Positions 52,787 to 62,370 of a DNA stretch of 64,000 nucleotides are shown in pieces. The number at the start of each line of letters is the position of its first letter. Position 1 is the first letter of the stretch. Under the pieces are notes generated by a model. It did not search any database. It was not told the DNA's origin and was given only the letters and a program-made list of their open reading frames with translations. The translations under genes were made by a program, and so were the position numbers. Source of the stretch: Longimicrobiales bacterium (GTDB lineage: Bacteria > Gemmatimonadota > Gemmatimonadetes > Longimicrobiales > Gaopeijiaceae); contig CBDCKN010000009.1 in NCBI GenBank assembly GCA_965218295.1, forward strand, positions 288,001 through 352,000, given 5' to 3'.

Positions 52787-53622
52787 AAGAATCGGTCAAG
52801 GACCCGTTCTTTGTCCGCGAGTGGGGAGCCGCCGCCGCCCCTCCAGAGGAGCACGATCTCGGCCGCCACGCTCACCGCGATCTCGGCGGGCGTCTCGGCC
52901 CCGATGTCGAGCCCCAGCGGGGCCCGGACTCGTTCGAGGCGAGCCCTGGGGAGGCCCTCGTTCACGAGTTGGGCGAAGGCCGCTCGAACGCGCCGTCGGC
53001 TCCCGATCATGCCGATGTACGGCGGCTCCACCTCCATCCTCAGGAGGTGCCGGAGGCACTCGTAGTCGTACTTGTGTCCCCGGGTCACCAGCACCACGTG
53101 GCTCGTCGAGTGGATGAGGACGTCGGCGAAGGGATCGGCGAAGTCCACCCGCACGACCCGGTTCGCCTCGGGGAAGCGCTCCCGGGTGGCGAAGTCGGGA
53201 CGGTCGTCGATGACGATGACCCGAAAGCCCATGAGCGCACCCACGGCGCAGAGCGGCTGCGCGATGTGACCGGCGCCCACGATCACCAGGTCCGGGTGTG
53301 GGTGATGGCCCTCGATGTACACGCTGACCTTCTCGCCGCCGGTGGATGCCAGCTCGTGAATCCCGTCCACGTTGGAAGCGGGGTCCGCCAGGGCGCTCTC
53401 GGCCAGGGCGAGCGCCGCCTCGTCCAGGGCAGCGTCACCGAAGGATCCGATCCGCCGAAGCGTTCCGCTGTCGGACTGTCGGATCACGACCCGCCGGCCC
53501 ACCAGCTCCCTTGGACCGTCCACGGGTACGATGATTGCCGCGGCCTCGCGGGCCTCCTGGGCATCGAGAATCTCTTCGGCGGCCCTGAAGGACGGGAGTG
53601 GGCTCTGGTCGGGAGCTGTCAT
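52783..53622 (-). CDS. XdhC family molybdoenzyme maturation factor (Rossmann domain)
   Basis: GAGHIA, VIDDR, TRGHKYD, YIGMIGSRRR, APLGLDIGAETPAEIA. Confidence 0.9.
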   Translation of the reverse strand: MTAPDQSPLPSFRAAEEILDAQEAREAAAIIVPVDGPRELVGRRVVIRQSDSGTLRRIGSFGDAALDEAALALAESALADPASNVDGIHELASTGGEKVSVYIEGHHPHPDLVIVGAGHIAQPLCAVGALMGFRVIVIDDRPDFATRERFPEANRVVRVDFADPFADVLIHSTSHVVLVTRGHKYDYECLRHLLRMEVEPPYIGMIGSRRRVRAAFAQLVNEGLPRARLERVRAPLGLDIGAETPAEIAVSVAAEIVLLWRGGGGSPLADKERVLDRFF

Positions 53623-54254
53623 CGCGCCTGAAAGCGTTGGCGGTACGCGTCGGGAAAGTGTCGACGGTAGTCGGTCAGATCGTCGATGTCGATGACGGTG
53701 CCTTGGTCCTCCACCCGAACCAAAGCCGCCACATCCAGGTGCCGATAGACCACGGTCTTCGCCCCCTGTGGCAAATTGTCATCGAGGAGCTCGTCGAAGA
53801 GGGTCCGTCGGAACACCACTGGATGTCCGCGTTTGCCCTGGAAGGTCGGTAGGGCGAGCGATCTCTCGTTCGAGTGGAATTCCGCGAGCAGCGTACGCAC
53901 GGTGTCGGCCTGGAGCAGTGGATAGTCCACGGGACAGAAGGCGACCCCCTCCACCGAGGGATCCAGACTGCGAAGAGCCGCGCGCAAGGACCCGATGGGG
54001 CCGTCCTCCGGCGAGGGGTTCGTCACGACAACGGCGCCGGCCTCTCCGGCCTTCGCGGCGACCGGACCCTTCGGCGTCGGGAGGGCCACCAGGATCCGCG
54101 CACAGCCCCCGTCGTGGAGGGCGTGAATCACACGCTCGAGAAAGGTGCGGCCGCCGGCGTCCAGCATGGCCTTGGGCGTTCCCATCCGGCTCGAGACACC
54201 GGAGCAGGGAACGACCCCCCAGACGTCAGCCTGCAAAGGACTCGTAGAAGCCAC
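53619..54254 (-). CDS. MocA/MobA-like nucleotidyltransferase
   Basis: SSRMGTPKAML, PVDYP, RGHPVVF, DIDD. Confidence 0.85.
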   Translation of the reverse strand: MASTSPLQADVWGVVPCSGVSSRMGTPKAMLDAGGRTFLERVIHALHDGGCARILVALPTPKGPVAAKAGEAGAVVVTNPSPEDGPIGSLRAALRSLDPSVEGVAFCPVDYPLLQADTVRTLLAEFHSNERSLALPTFQGKRGHPVVFRRTLFDELLDDNLPQGAKTVVYRHLDVAALVRVEDQGTVIDIDDLTDYRRHFPDAYRQRFQAR

Positions 54255-56400
54255 GATCCTCGCGTGCCAGGCGTCGCACCAGTGCCGCGGGGGCGAATCG
54301 AGGCCCGTGCCTCTTCTCCAGATCCTCCAGCCTGGCGAGGACGGTTCGGGCGTGGATGGCGTCCGCGAACCGAAGCAGACCGCCGCGGAAGGGTGGGAAG
54401 CCGGTGCCCATGATCATGGCGAGATCCACGTCACTGGCTCGTGTCACGATGCCGGCCTCCAGCGCGCGAGCGGCCTCGTTCACCATGGCCAACACCAGGC
54501 GACTCCTGATCTCCCGGGTCTCGATGGTGATCCGGTCGTCGGGAACGGTGTGGGCCAGCACCGCGTAGATGTCCGGATCGACGTCCTTCTCCTTGCCGCC
54601 ATCGTACCGGTAGAACCCGAGCCCACCCTTCTTGCCCAGCCGCCCGCTGTCGGCCAGGGCGACCAGCGGCGGTGATGGGGCGAGGCGCTCACCCAGGGCC
54701 TCGTAGAGGGACTGGCCGGCGTGCCGGCTGATGTCGATCCCCACCTCGTCCACCAGCCGGAGCGGTCCCATGGGCATGCCGAAGTTCTTCGCTGCCCCGT
54801 CCACGGCCTCGACGCTGGCTCCGTCCGCCAGGAGGAAGCCCGCCTCGTTCATGTATGGCCCAAGGATGCGGTTCACCAGGAAGCCGGGGCCGTCCCCCGT
54901 AACCACGGGCACCTTGCCCAACGCCAGCGCCAGAGCGTACACGGTGGCCACCGCCTCGTCGCTGGTCCTGGCCCCACGCACCACCTCCACAAGGGGCATG
55001 CGGTGGACCGGGTTGAAGAAGTGCATGCCGGCGAAGTTCTCCGGGTGAGAGAGAGCGGTGCTCATCTCGTCCACAGACAGCGAGGACGTGTTCGTCGCCA
55101 GGATGCAGGCCCTCCGGAGGGCCTCCTCCGTCTCCCTGAGGACGATGCGCTTGATGTCCATCTTTTCGACCACTGCCTCAACGACCAGGTCGAGGCGTCC
55201 GAAACCCTCGTAGTCGAGGCCACCGGAGATGAGGGCCATGCGCTGCTCGGCTTCCCGACGGCGCAATTTCTTCCGCTTCACCAGCTTGTCGAAGAGGTCC
55301 CGGGCGTGCTGCAGGCCGCTGGAGACGGCCTCGTGGTTGATGTCCTTCATGCGGACATGGATGCCACGGTGGGCGGCTAGCTGTGCGATGCCGCCTCCCA
55401 TGACGCCGGCGCCGAGGACACCGAGGTACTCGATGCGACCGGGTGTGACGGCAGCGTCCTGGACGCCCGTTCCCCTCCGAGCGTCCTCTCGGAGGTCGAA
55501 GACGTGGATCAGGTTCTTGCTCACCGACGAGACGATGAGCTCCCCTGCGGCGTCAGCCTCGATCTCCAGCGCCCTGGAGATGGGACGCCCAAGGCTGCGG
55601 CTCAGAACCTCGAGGATCCTGAGCGGCGCCGGATAGTAGCCACCCGTCTGGGAGAGCACGCGCCTCTTGGCCATGCTGAGGACGAGGAGGCGCCCGGGTA
55701 CCGTGTCGTCCATCAGGCGCTTGAACAGCGGCCGGCGAGCGCGGGTACGTTTGGACTGGCCGTCGGCCTGAGCCGCGGCGAAGGCCGCCGCTTTTTCGTC
55801 GAACAAGTCCGCAGGAAGGATCGCGTCCACGAGTCCGATGCGCTTCGCCTTAGACGCCGAGATCTGACGTCCGGTGAGCATCACGTCCAGGGCGGCCTGG
55901 AGGCCCACGAGTCGTGGGAGCCGGGTGGTGCCGCCCCATGCAGGCAGGATGCCCAGAAGGACCTCGGGAAGGCCCATGGCGGTCCTCGGGGAGTCGGAGG
56001 CCACGCGATGGCTGCACGCCAGCGACAGCTCGGTCCCACCGCCCAGACAGATGCCGTGAATCGCCGCAACCGTGGGGACGTCCAGGTCTTCGATAGATCC
56101 GAAAACGGCCTGTCCCATCCGAGACGCGTGCGCGCCCTGCGCCGGGTCCTCGATAGCCTCGATGGCCGCGACGTCGGCGCCGGCGATGAACCCACTCTTG
56201 CCGGTTCGGAACAGGAGGGCACGAAGTCGCCCCTGTCGAGCGAGATCACGGGCCTCGCTCACGAGGTCGGCGAGACGTGTCATGACCGCCTCGGTGAGGA
56301 CGTTCACCTTCCTGTCCGGATCGTCGAAGGTGATCCGCCCGATCCCGTCCTCGCCGACCTCGAGGGAGGGATTCGGCCCAGTTGGTTGGCTCGAGCTCAT
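54226..56400 (-). CDS. fadJ: fatty acid oxidation complex alpha subunit (enoyl-CoA hydratase / 3-hydroxyacyl-CoA dehydrogenase)
   Basis: FIAGAD, CLGGG, LPEVLLG, GAGVMGGGIA, TNTSSL, HFFNP, GFPPFRGG. Confidence 0.88.
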   Translation of the reverse strand: MSSSQPTGPNPSLEVGEDGIGRITFDDPDRKVNVLTEAVMTRLADLVSEARDLARQGRLRALLFRTGKSGFIAGADVAAIEAIEDPAQGAHASRMGQAVFGSIEDLDVPTVAAIHGICLGGGTELSLACSHRVASDSPRTAMGLPEVLLGILPAWGGTTRLPRLVGLQAALDVMLTGRQISASKAKRIGLVDAILPADLFDEKAAAFAAAQADGQSKRTRARRPLFKRLMDDTVPGRLLVLSMAKRRVLSQTGGYYPAPLRILEVLSRSLGRPISRALEIEADAAGELIVSSVSKNLIHVFDLREDARRGTGVQDAAVTPGRIEYLGVLGAGVMGGGIAQLAAHRGIHVRMKDINHEAVSSGLQHARDLFDKLVKRKKLRRREAEQRMALISGGLDYEGFGRLDLVVEAVVEKMDIKRIVLRETEEALRRACILATNTSSLSVDEMSTALSHPENFAGMHFFNPVHRMPLVEVVRGARTSDEAVATVYALALALGKVPVVTGDGPGFLVNRILGPYMNEAGFLLADGASVEAVDGAAKNFGMPMGPLRLVDEVGIDISRHAGQSLYEALGERLAPSPPLVALADSGRLGKKGGLGFYRYDGGKEKDVDPDIYAVLAHTVPDDRITIETREIRSRLVLAMVNEAARALEAGIVTRASDVDLAMIMGTGFPPFRGGLLRFADAIHARTVLARLEDLEKRHGPRFAPAALVRRLAREDRGFYESFAG

Positions 56401-56483
56401 GTGCGCGCCGCACCCCACTTCGTCAGGAGGCTTCGAGTGTGGCTCCCCCGTAAGCTACTGAATGCCAACCCGTCCGCATATGC

Positions 56484-56517
56484 AAAAGCCCCGGGGATCG
56501 CGAGCGATCTCCGGGGC
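56484..56517 (-). terminator. intrinsic terminator after the lipoprotein gene
   Basis: GCCCCGGAGATCGC/GCGATCCCCGGGGC stem followed by TTTT on minus strand. Confidence 0.7.
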
Positions 56518-56541
56518 CTCCGGTCCGCGGGATTCGGCGCT

Positions 56542-57324
56542 CTACAGCTTGGGCCGTGCCGTGGCGTTTTCCCGGGTCAGGCGAACCTGGGCGGGATCCC
56601 GCCCCGAGACGGTGACGGGGACGTTCCAATACAGCTCCGTATACGGGAGCTCGTAGCGTGCTGAGATCCACCACTCGCCTTGCTTGACCTCGAATCCGTT
56701 GGCGACACCGCTGGCGTCCGTGGTGTCGTATAGGATGTCACGTCCACTGCCCCGGAGACGAGCGGCCATGATGACGCCTACCTCGGCGAAGGCCTCGTCG
56801 GCCCACTGCTCACGTAGCAGCTTGATCTCCTCGGCTGCCACCAACGACGCCTCCTGGAGTGAAGTGAAGTTCCCGAAGGCCCGATCCCGGGCACGCTCGA
56901 CCCTGTTGTACTGGGCCTCCAGGTCCTGGAAGTCCCCGTAGAGGAGCCGGTATTGGCCGCTGTTGCGCCTCATTCCGTCGAGGGTCTCGCTGAGGGTCTG
57001 GAGCGTGTCCCGCAGGACGTTCCAGCGCGCCTCCGTGTCACGCCACTCCTGCTGCGCAGCCGCGACCGAGTTCTGGGCATTGAGCACGGAGTCCGGAATG
57101 GGTGGCTCGGGGGTCGTCGCCGCCGCGGTCAGCGAATCGAAGACGACGTCCCGATTGAACGGAAACATCCGAATCTCCAGATCGCCCAGAGCTCTCGCCG
57201 TGGCCGCCTGGGCGGGGTCGTCAGAACTGAGCTCGGCGTTCACGGCCACCTGAGTGGGGCCACAGGCAGAGAGAAGGGCGGTTCCTAGCACGCCCAGCAA
57301 AAGCTTGCTTCGCGTCATATCCAA
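56542..57324 (-). CDS. hypothetical coiled-coil lipoprotein
   Basis: LLSA-C lipobox; long helical middle flanked by beta-rich ends. Confidence 0.75.
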   Translation of the reverse strand: MDMTRSKLLLGVLGTALLSACGPTQVAVNAELSSDDPAQAATARALGDLEIRMFPFNRDVVFDSLTAAATTPEPPIPDSVLNAQNSVAAAQQEWRDTEARWNVLRDTLQTLSETLDGMRRNSGQYRLLYGDFQDLEAQYNRVERARDRAFGNFTSLQEASLVAAEEIKLLREQWADEAFAEVGVIMAARLRGSGRDILYDTTDASGVANGFEVKQGEWWISARYELPYTELYWNVPVTVSGRDPAQVRLTRENATARPKL

Positions 57325-57488
57325 CTCCGTTACACGTCCTTAAAAAAGTGGCCCAAGGTACAACTCGTCGGGGGCTCGATAAGGGTTACCGTAACGGATC
57401 GCCGGAGGTCCCACCAGGGCGATCCGGGTCATTCGTGAAGGACGGTGGGAAGAGCAGGATTCCGGCTCGTCGAGTGGGGCCACAAATG

Positions 57489-57512
57489 AAAAAGGGCGCC
57501 CCGGGGCGCCCT
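57489..57512 (-). terminator. intrinsic terminator after the M23 gene
   Basis: Perfect palindrome AGGGCGCCCCGGGGCGCCCT followed by T-run on minus strand. Confidence 0.7.
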
Positions 57513-57572
57513 CGTGATCGCAACCTCGACGCGCTTTCTACTTACTAAACGCCACCTGCCGAAGAGTTGCGC

Positions 57573-58502
57573 CTAAGGAATCACGCCGCTCAACACGTAG
57601 TCGAGCGGATTTCGGGCCTTGCCACCCACCCAGACCTCGTAGTGCAGGTGGTCCGCGGTGGCCATCCCGGTTCGGCCGACCTGGGCGAGTGCATCGCCCC
57701 GCCGGATCCTCTGATTCTTCCTAACCAGGATCTCGGACGCGTGTGCATACCGCGTCATGTATCCGAACCCATGGTTCACCTCGACGGTGTACCCGTACCC
57801 CGACTTCCAGTCGGCGTACGATACGACACCCTTGGCCGCAGCCAGGATCGGCGTGCCCTTGAGAGCGTGGAGGTCGATTCCCGGATGCGGGAGCTCCTTG
57901 TGGTAGATCGGATGCAGGCGGGCATAGCTGAATCCGCTGCTCAGGAGCCCCTCGGTCGGGACGATTGAGGGCGTCGACTCGAGGAGATCGTGGTGAGCCT
58001 CCAGGCTGTCGGTGGCCTCAGCCAGGCTCTCCGAGAGTAGTCTGGCGCGGCGCTCGAGAGCCAGTAGATCGTAGGACGTGGCGAACGTCTCCTTCGCCGT
58101 GGTCGGATCGGCCTCCCAAAGGGGGCTGGACTCGGGTGTAGGCATACCGGGACCGCCGACGCCCACCTGGAAGATCTCCTCGTCGATGGTTCCAAGACCC
58201 GCCAGAAGGCGGAAACGCTGGTCCTGATCGATGAGCCCGTCGATGGAGCCTTCCATCCGGGCGACCCGGGTCTGAATCGTCTGGAGCTCCTGGGTGAGGA
58301 GTGACTTCTCCTGCTCGAGCTTGCGTGCCTCATAACGGGCGGAGCCGTCGACGGCCACCAGCATGGCCAGCCCCGTTACCACGACGGTGAAACCGCTCAG
58401 CAGGGAGGCTAGGCAGTGGATCGTCCGGGAGGACGCACTGTACTGGCGAATCGGGCTTCCCTCGTCCGAGATGCACAGGAAAGTCCAGCGTTTGTCAGCC
58501 AT
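57573..58502 (-). CDS. M23 family metallopeptidase (TM + coiled coil)
   Basis: HPGID, YAH, HLHYEV motifs. Confidence 0.92.
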   Translation of the reverse strand: MADKRWTFLCISDEGSPIRQYSASSRTIHCLASLLSGFTVVVTGLAMLVAVDGSARYEARKLEQEKSLLTQELQTIQTRVARMEGSIDGLIDQDQRFRLLAGLGTIDEEIFQVGVGGPGMPTPESSPLWEADPTTAKETFATSYDLLALERRARLLSESLAEATDSLEAHHDLLESTPSIVPTEGLLSSGFSYARLHPIYHKELPHPGIDLHALKGTPILAAAKGVVSYADWKSGYGYTVEVNHGFGYMTRYAHASEILVRKNQRIRRGDALAQVGRTGMATADHLHYEVWVGGKARNPLDYVLSGVIP

Positions 58503-58522
58503 TACGGCGCTCGCTCACCTTC

Positions 58523-58579
58523 TTGCTAGAGGACTACCCTGTGTTCCAATACTTTGCTAGAGGACTACCCTGTGTTCCA
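58523..58579. repeat. perfect 26-bp direct repeat x2 (5-bp spacer)
   Basis: TTGCTAGAGGACTACCCTGTGTTCCA at 58523-58548 and 58554-58579. Confidence 0.9.
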
Positions 58580-58658
58580 CTGCCGGTATCGAGCATAGGG
58601 GGGTCATGCTCGATCCTCCAGGGTCAGCAAGAAACATACCCGGCGCCAGCCGAGAGTG

Positions 58659-60197
58659 TCAAGCATTCTGATCGGGCTTCGGAAAGAGGGGAATTCCCTT
58701 GCTGACTCTGCGTCCTGCGAGGCTCAGGGTCGCCGCTTCTTCGAGCGGAGGCACCCCGTCCAACCCCAACATTTTTGCCAGCTCGGTCATTTTTTCCGGA
58801 GTGACCGGCAAGAAGAGCGCGGTGAGTACGGTGAGCGCCCGGGCGAGCGTCGCCAGCGTCTCGTCGAGCTCGCCGGCTCGCTCGGGATCTTTCGCGTGTG
58901 CCCAGGGCTCCCGCCTGTCCACGTACCCGTTCGCGGTGCGGGCCAGATCCATGGCGGAGGCCAGGGCATCGTGGATGCGGAGCTCATCCATGTGCCCCGT
59001 CACCGCGTCCAGCGTCGTCCGGATCTCTTCGTCCAACCCCGACCCTCCCGCTTCCGGGACGATCCCGTCACGGTATTGGACGATCATAGACGTGGCTCGG
59101 CTCGCCAGATTGCCCAGCACGTTCGCCAGCTCCTCGTACCTCGCCAGGAACCTCTCGGGGCTATAGGACGCGTCGGCACCCGTGGGCATGTCCCTCAGGA
59201 GGTACCAGCGGACCCCGTCGGTCCCAAAGTCCTCCCGGAGCGCCAGCGGATCGACCACGTTCCCCGTGGACTTGGACATCTTGGTCTCCCCCATGACCCA
59301 CCACCCGTGGGCCAGAATCTGCTTGGGGAGGTCGAGGTCCGCTGCCATCAAGATCGTCGGCCAGTAGACGGCATGGGCCGTGACGATGTCCTTGCCCACG
59401 AGGTGCATGTCGGCGGGCCACCAGGAGTCCCCGGGGTCCGTGAACCCCGGCTGGTCCGACCCGCCCTCCGGGTCGAGAACACCCGAGCCCGTCACGTAGT
59501 TGATGAGAGCGTCGACCCATACGTAGCAGACGTGCTCATCGTCGAAGGGGAGGGTGATGCCCCACTCCAATCGTGACTTCGGACGCGAGATGGAGAGATC
59601 CTGGAGCGGCTGGGTGAGGAAGCCCAAGACCTCGTTCCTCCGGGTCTCCGGGACGATCCACCGTGGGTTCTCCTCGATGTGTTGGATGAGCCGCTTCTGA
59701 TGGTCGCTCATGCGGAAGAAATAGTTTTTCTCCTCCACATGGCTCACCGGCCGCCCGCAGTCCGGACAGACGTGGTCCGGCCCCACGTCCTTGTCCGTCC
59801 AGTATCGCTCTTCGTGGACGCAGTACCAGCCGCTGTAGACGTCGTCGTAGATCTGCCCCTTCTCCCAGAGGCGCTCCAGGATGGCCGTGACCACACCCAC
59901 ATGCCCGGCTTCGGTCGTGCGGATGAAGCGATCGTGGGAGATGTTCAGATCCTTCCAGGCCGCCTCGAACCGTTCGGCCATGCGGTCCGCCAATTCGATC
60001 GGCTTTATGCTCCGTTCCGCGGCGGCCTCTTGCATCTTCTGGCCGTGCTCGTCGGTGCCGGTGAGGAAGAGCACGTCGGCCCCCGTCTGCCGGTAGTAGC
60101 GGGCCAGGAAGTCGGTGAGCACAGTCGTGTAGGCGTGCCCCAGGTGGGGCTCGCCCGAGGCGTAGTAGATCGGTGTGGTGAGGTAGCGCCGGTTCAA
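58659..60197 (-). CDS. metG: methionine--tRNA ligase (short form)
   Basis: TTPIYY...HLGH, GTDEHGQK, YVWVDAL, KMSKS. Confidence 0.96.
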   Translation of the reverse strand: MNRRYLTTPIYYASGEPHLGHAYTTVLTDFLARYYRQTGADVLFLTGTDEHGQKMQEAAAERSIKPIELADRMAERFEAAWKDLNISHDRFIRTTEAGHVGVVTAILERLWEKGQIYDDVYSGWYCVHEERYWTDKDVGPDHVCPDCGRPVSHVEEKNYFFRMSDHQKRLIQHIEENPRWIVPETRRNEVLGFLTQPLQDLSISRPKSRLEWGITLPFDDEHVCYVWVDALINYVTGSGVLDPEGGSDQPGFTDPGDSWWPADMHLVGKDIVTAHAVYWPTILMAADLDLPKQILAHGWWVMGETKMSKSTGNVVDPLALREDFGTDGVRWYLLRDMPTGADASYSPERFLARYEELANVLGNLASRATSMIVQYRDGIVPEAGGSGLDEEIRTTLDAVTGHMDELRIHDALASAMDLARTANGYVDRREPWAHAKDPERAGELDETLATLARALTVLTALFLPVTPEKMTELAKMLGLDGVPPLEEAATLSLAGRRVSKGIPLFPKPDQNA

Positions 60198-60246
60198 GGT
60201 GTTTCGCGATCGGAGATTTGCAGTACGGCAGGCGACCTAGTTGCCA

Positions 60247-61080
60247 CTAGTTGGGCTTGTGCGTCACTTCGCCCTTGAGCTCCTCCAAGGACACGGTCCG
60301 GCGGTCGCCCTCCGTCGAGCGAAGCGTGACGGTCTCCCGCCAGATGTCCACGGTGACGACTCGCTCCTCGCCCTGCTCGGTTCTGAGGGTCTTGCCCTCC
60401 CTGGGGAACCGGCGTCGGGCCTCGACATACGTCTTATGCTCGTACATCAGACAGCACATGAGGCGGCCACAGCAACCGGAGATCTGCGCCGGGTTGAGCG
60501 AGAGCCTCTGGTCCTTGGCGAGCTGCAGGCTGACGGGCTTCAGGGCCGGAAGCCAGGTCGAGCAACAGAGCTCACGGCCGCACCGCCCCACTCCCCCGAG
60601 CAGAGCCGCCTCGTCGCGAACGCCGATCTGCTTGAGCTCGATGCGGGTTCGGAACGTCCGGGCCAGATCTCGGACGAGCTCACGGAAGTCGACACGGCGT
60701 TCGGCGGTGAAGTAGATGATCAGCTTGTTCTTGTCGAACTGCCACTCGGCTTCGGTGACCTTCATCTTGAGCTCATGCCGCTGCACCAGCTTCCGCGTCT
60801 CGGTGCGGACCCGGTGCTCGTCGTCCCGTAGACTCTCCACATTTGCGATCTCACCGTCCCGCGCGAACCGGAGGACCCGCTTCTGCGGAAGTGGTGTGGC
60901 GCACCCCCCCGAAGAGCTGCACTTGCGCTCTGCGACCGTGCCGAGCGCCGCAACTTCGCCGAGGTCCTCTCCCCGGTCGGCCTCGACGACGACCTTCGAT
61001 CCGGGACTGAGGTCCAGGTCCTGGTAAGAGAAGTAGTCCCGACGGGTGCCCTTGAAGAGAACCTCTGCGAAGCCGGCCAT
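60247..61080 (-). CDS. PSP1/YaaT (RicT) family Fe-S protein
   Basis: RVDFRELV, RIELKQIGVRDEA, CGRELCC, ISGCCGRLMCCL. Confidence 0.92.
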   Translation of the reverse strand: MAGFAEVLFKGTRRDYFSYQDLDLSPGSKVVVEADRGEDLGEVAALGTVAERKCSSSGGCATPLPQKRVLRFARDGEIANVESLRDDEHRVRTETRKLVQRHELKMKVTEAEWQFDKNKLIIYFTAERRVDFRELVRDLARTFRTRIELKQIGVRDEAALLGGVGRCGRELCCSTWLPALKPVSLQLAKDQRLSLNPAQISGCCGRLMCCLMYEHKTYVEARRRFPREGKTLRTEQGEERVVTVDIWRETVTLRSTEGDRRTVSLEELKGEVTHKPN

Positions 61081-61084
61081 GTCG

Positions 61085-61252
61085 CTAGTGTCCCGTTACC
61101 AAAGTGTCTCGGCCAGTCGAGGGCACGGTGCATCCGCGGCCTCGGCGTTGGGACTCCTTACCGTAGCTTGCGCTACGCCGCGTCGTCCCGCCTTGATCCC
61201 ACGGCGCCCCGGCCCTCTTGGTGGCTCGCGAACTTCGGAGACGGAACACTAG
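61085..61252. repeat. ~168-bp nested-palindrome element, full copy B
   Basis: CTAG at both ends; shares AAGTGTCTCGGCCA, TGCATCCG, CGGCGTT, CGTCGTC, CGCCTTG, GGTGGCTCGCGAACTT with copy A; inner hairpin CGTAGC-ttgc-GCTACG. Confidence 0.88.
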
Positions 61253-62235
61253 GCCTCGCTCGCCCGCTCGGAGGCGGATTCGGTCCACTCGCCGATGGCC
61301 TCGTACTTCTCCCAGCGCCTCTCCAAGAGCTCGGTCGCGTCGATCTGCCGCAGCTCATCGAGATTACGCACGATGAAGTCTTTCACGGCGATGGCCGTAG
61401 CATCCCAGTCGGAGTGGGCTCCCCCTGCGGGCTCGGGAATGATCTCGTCCGCGACCCCGAGCTCGACCAGATCCTTCGAGGTGAGCTTGAGGGCCGCCGC
61501 CGCCTCGACCTTGAAGTCCCGTGAGCGCCAGAGGATGGCCGCGCAGCCCTCGGGGGAGATCACCGAATACACGGAATGCTCCAGCATCAGGATGCGGTCC
61601 GTCACTCCCAGACCGAGGGCGCCACCCGAGCCGCCCTCGCCAATGACGACGGACACGAGGGGAACGCGCAGGCGAGCCATCTCACGCAGGTTGAGGGCGA
61701 TGGCCTCCGCGATCCCGCGCTCCTCGGAGCCCAGTCCGGGGTAGGCCCCCGGGGTGTCGATGAAGGTCACTACGGGCCTGCCGAACTTCTCCGCCTGGCG
61801 CATGAGCCTGAGGGCCTTCCGGTATCCCTCCGGATGGGCCATGCCGAAATTCCGGCGGAGGTTCTCCTTGATGTCCCGGCCCTTCTGGTGGCCGATGACC
61901 ATCATCGAAGCCCCGTCGAGGCTGGCCCATCCGCCCACGATGGCCTCGTCGTCCCGGAAGTTTCGATCCCCGTGCAGCTCCACCCAGTCGGTGAAGATGC
62001 GCTCGACGTAATCGAGGGTGTACGGGCGGTCCTGGTGTCGTGCCACCCGGACCTGCTCCATGGGGGTCAGGTTCTGGTACGTGGACTCTTTGAGGGCTTC
62101 CAACTTGGTCCGGAGCTCCCCTAGTTCGTCTGACGCGTCGAAGCCACTGCGCTCGGCCGACGCCAGCAGGCCGTCAATCTGTTCTTGGACCTCGACGATG
62201 TCACGCTCGAACTCCAGCCTCGGCGATTGGACCAA
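61249..62235 (-). CDS. accA: acetyl-CoA carboxylase carboxyltransferase alpha subunit
   Basis: ELHGDR, PEGYRKALR, IDTPGAYPG, GEGGSGGAL, ISPEGCAAILW. Confidence 0.97.
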   Translation of the reverse strand: MVQSPRLEFERDIVEVQEQIDGLLASAERSGFDASDELGELRTKLEALKESTYQNLTPMEQVRVARHQDRPYTLDYVERIFTDWVELHGDRNFRDDEAIVGGWASLDGASMMVIGHQKGRDIKENLRRNFGMAHPEGYRKALRLMRQAEKFGRPVVTFIDTPGAYPGLGSEERGIAEAIALNLREMARLRVPLVSVVIGEGGSGGALGLGVTDRILMLEHSVYSVISPEGCAAILWRSRDFKVEAAAALKLTSKDLVELGVADEIIPEPAGGAHSDWDATAIAVKDFIVRNLDELRQIDATELLERRWEKYEAIGEWTESASERASEA

Positions 62236-62370
62236 GGATTGCCTCCGGCTCGTCGGGGGAAAAGGTGCCGCCGGATCCGGCCTCCGGTGGCGTGGAAGAG
62301 CTACAGTATTGTAATTGATGCGGTACTAAGTCGGCTATGTACGCGCGCGACGTCTCTCCGACACGCTCGC

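Noticed and set aside
58523..58579. CRISPR mini-array
   Set aside because: Only two repeats with a 5-bp spacer and no cas genes in the window.
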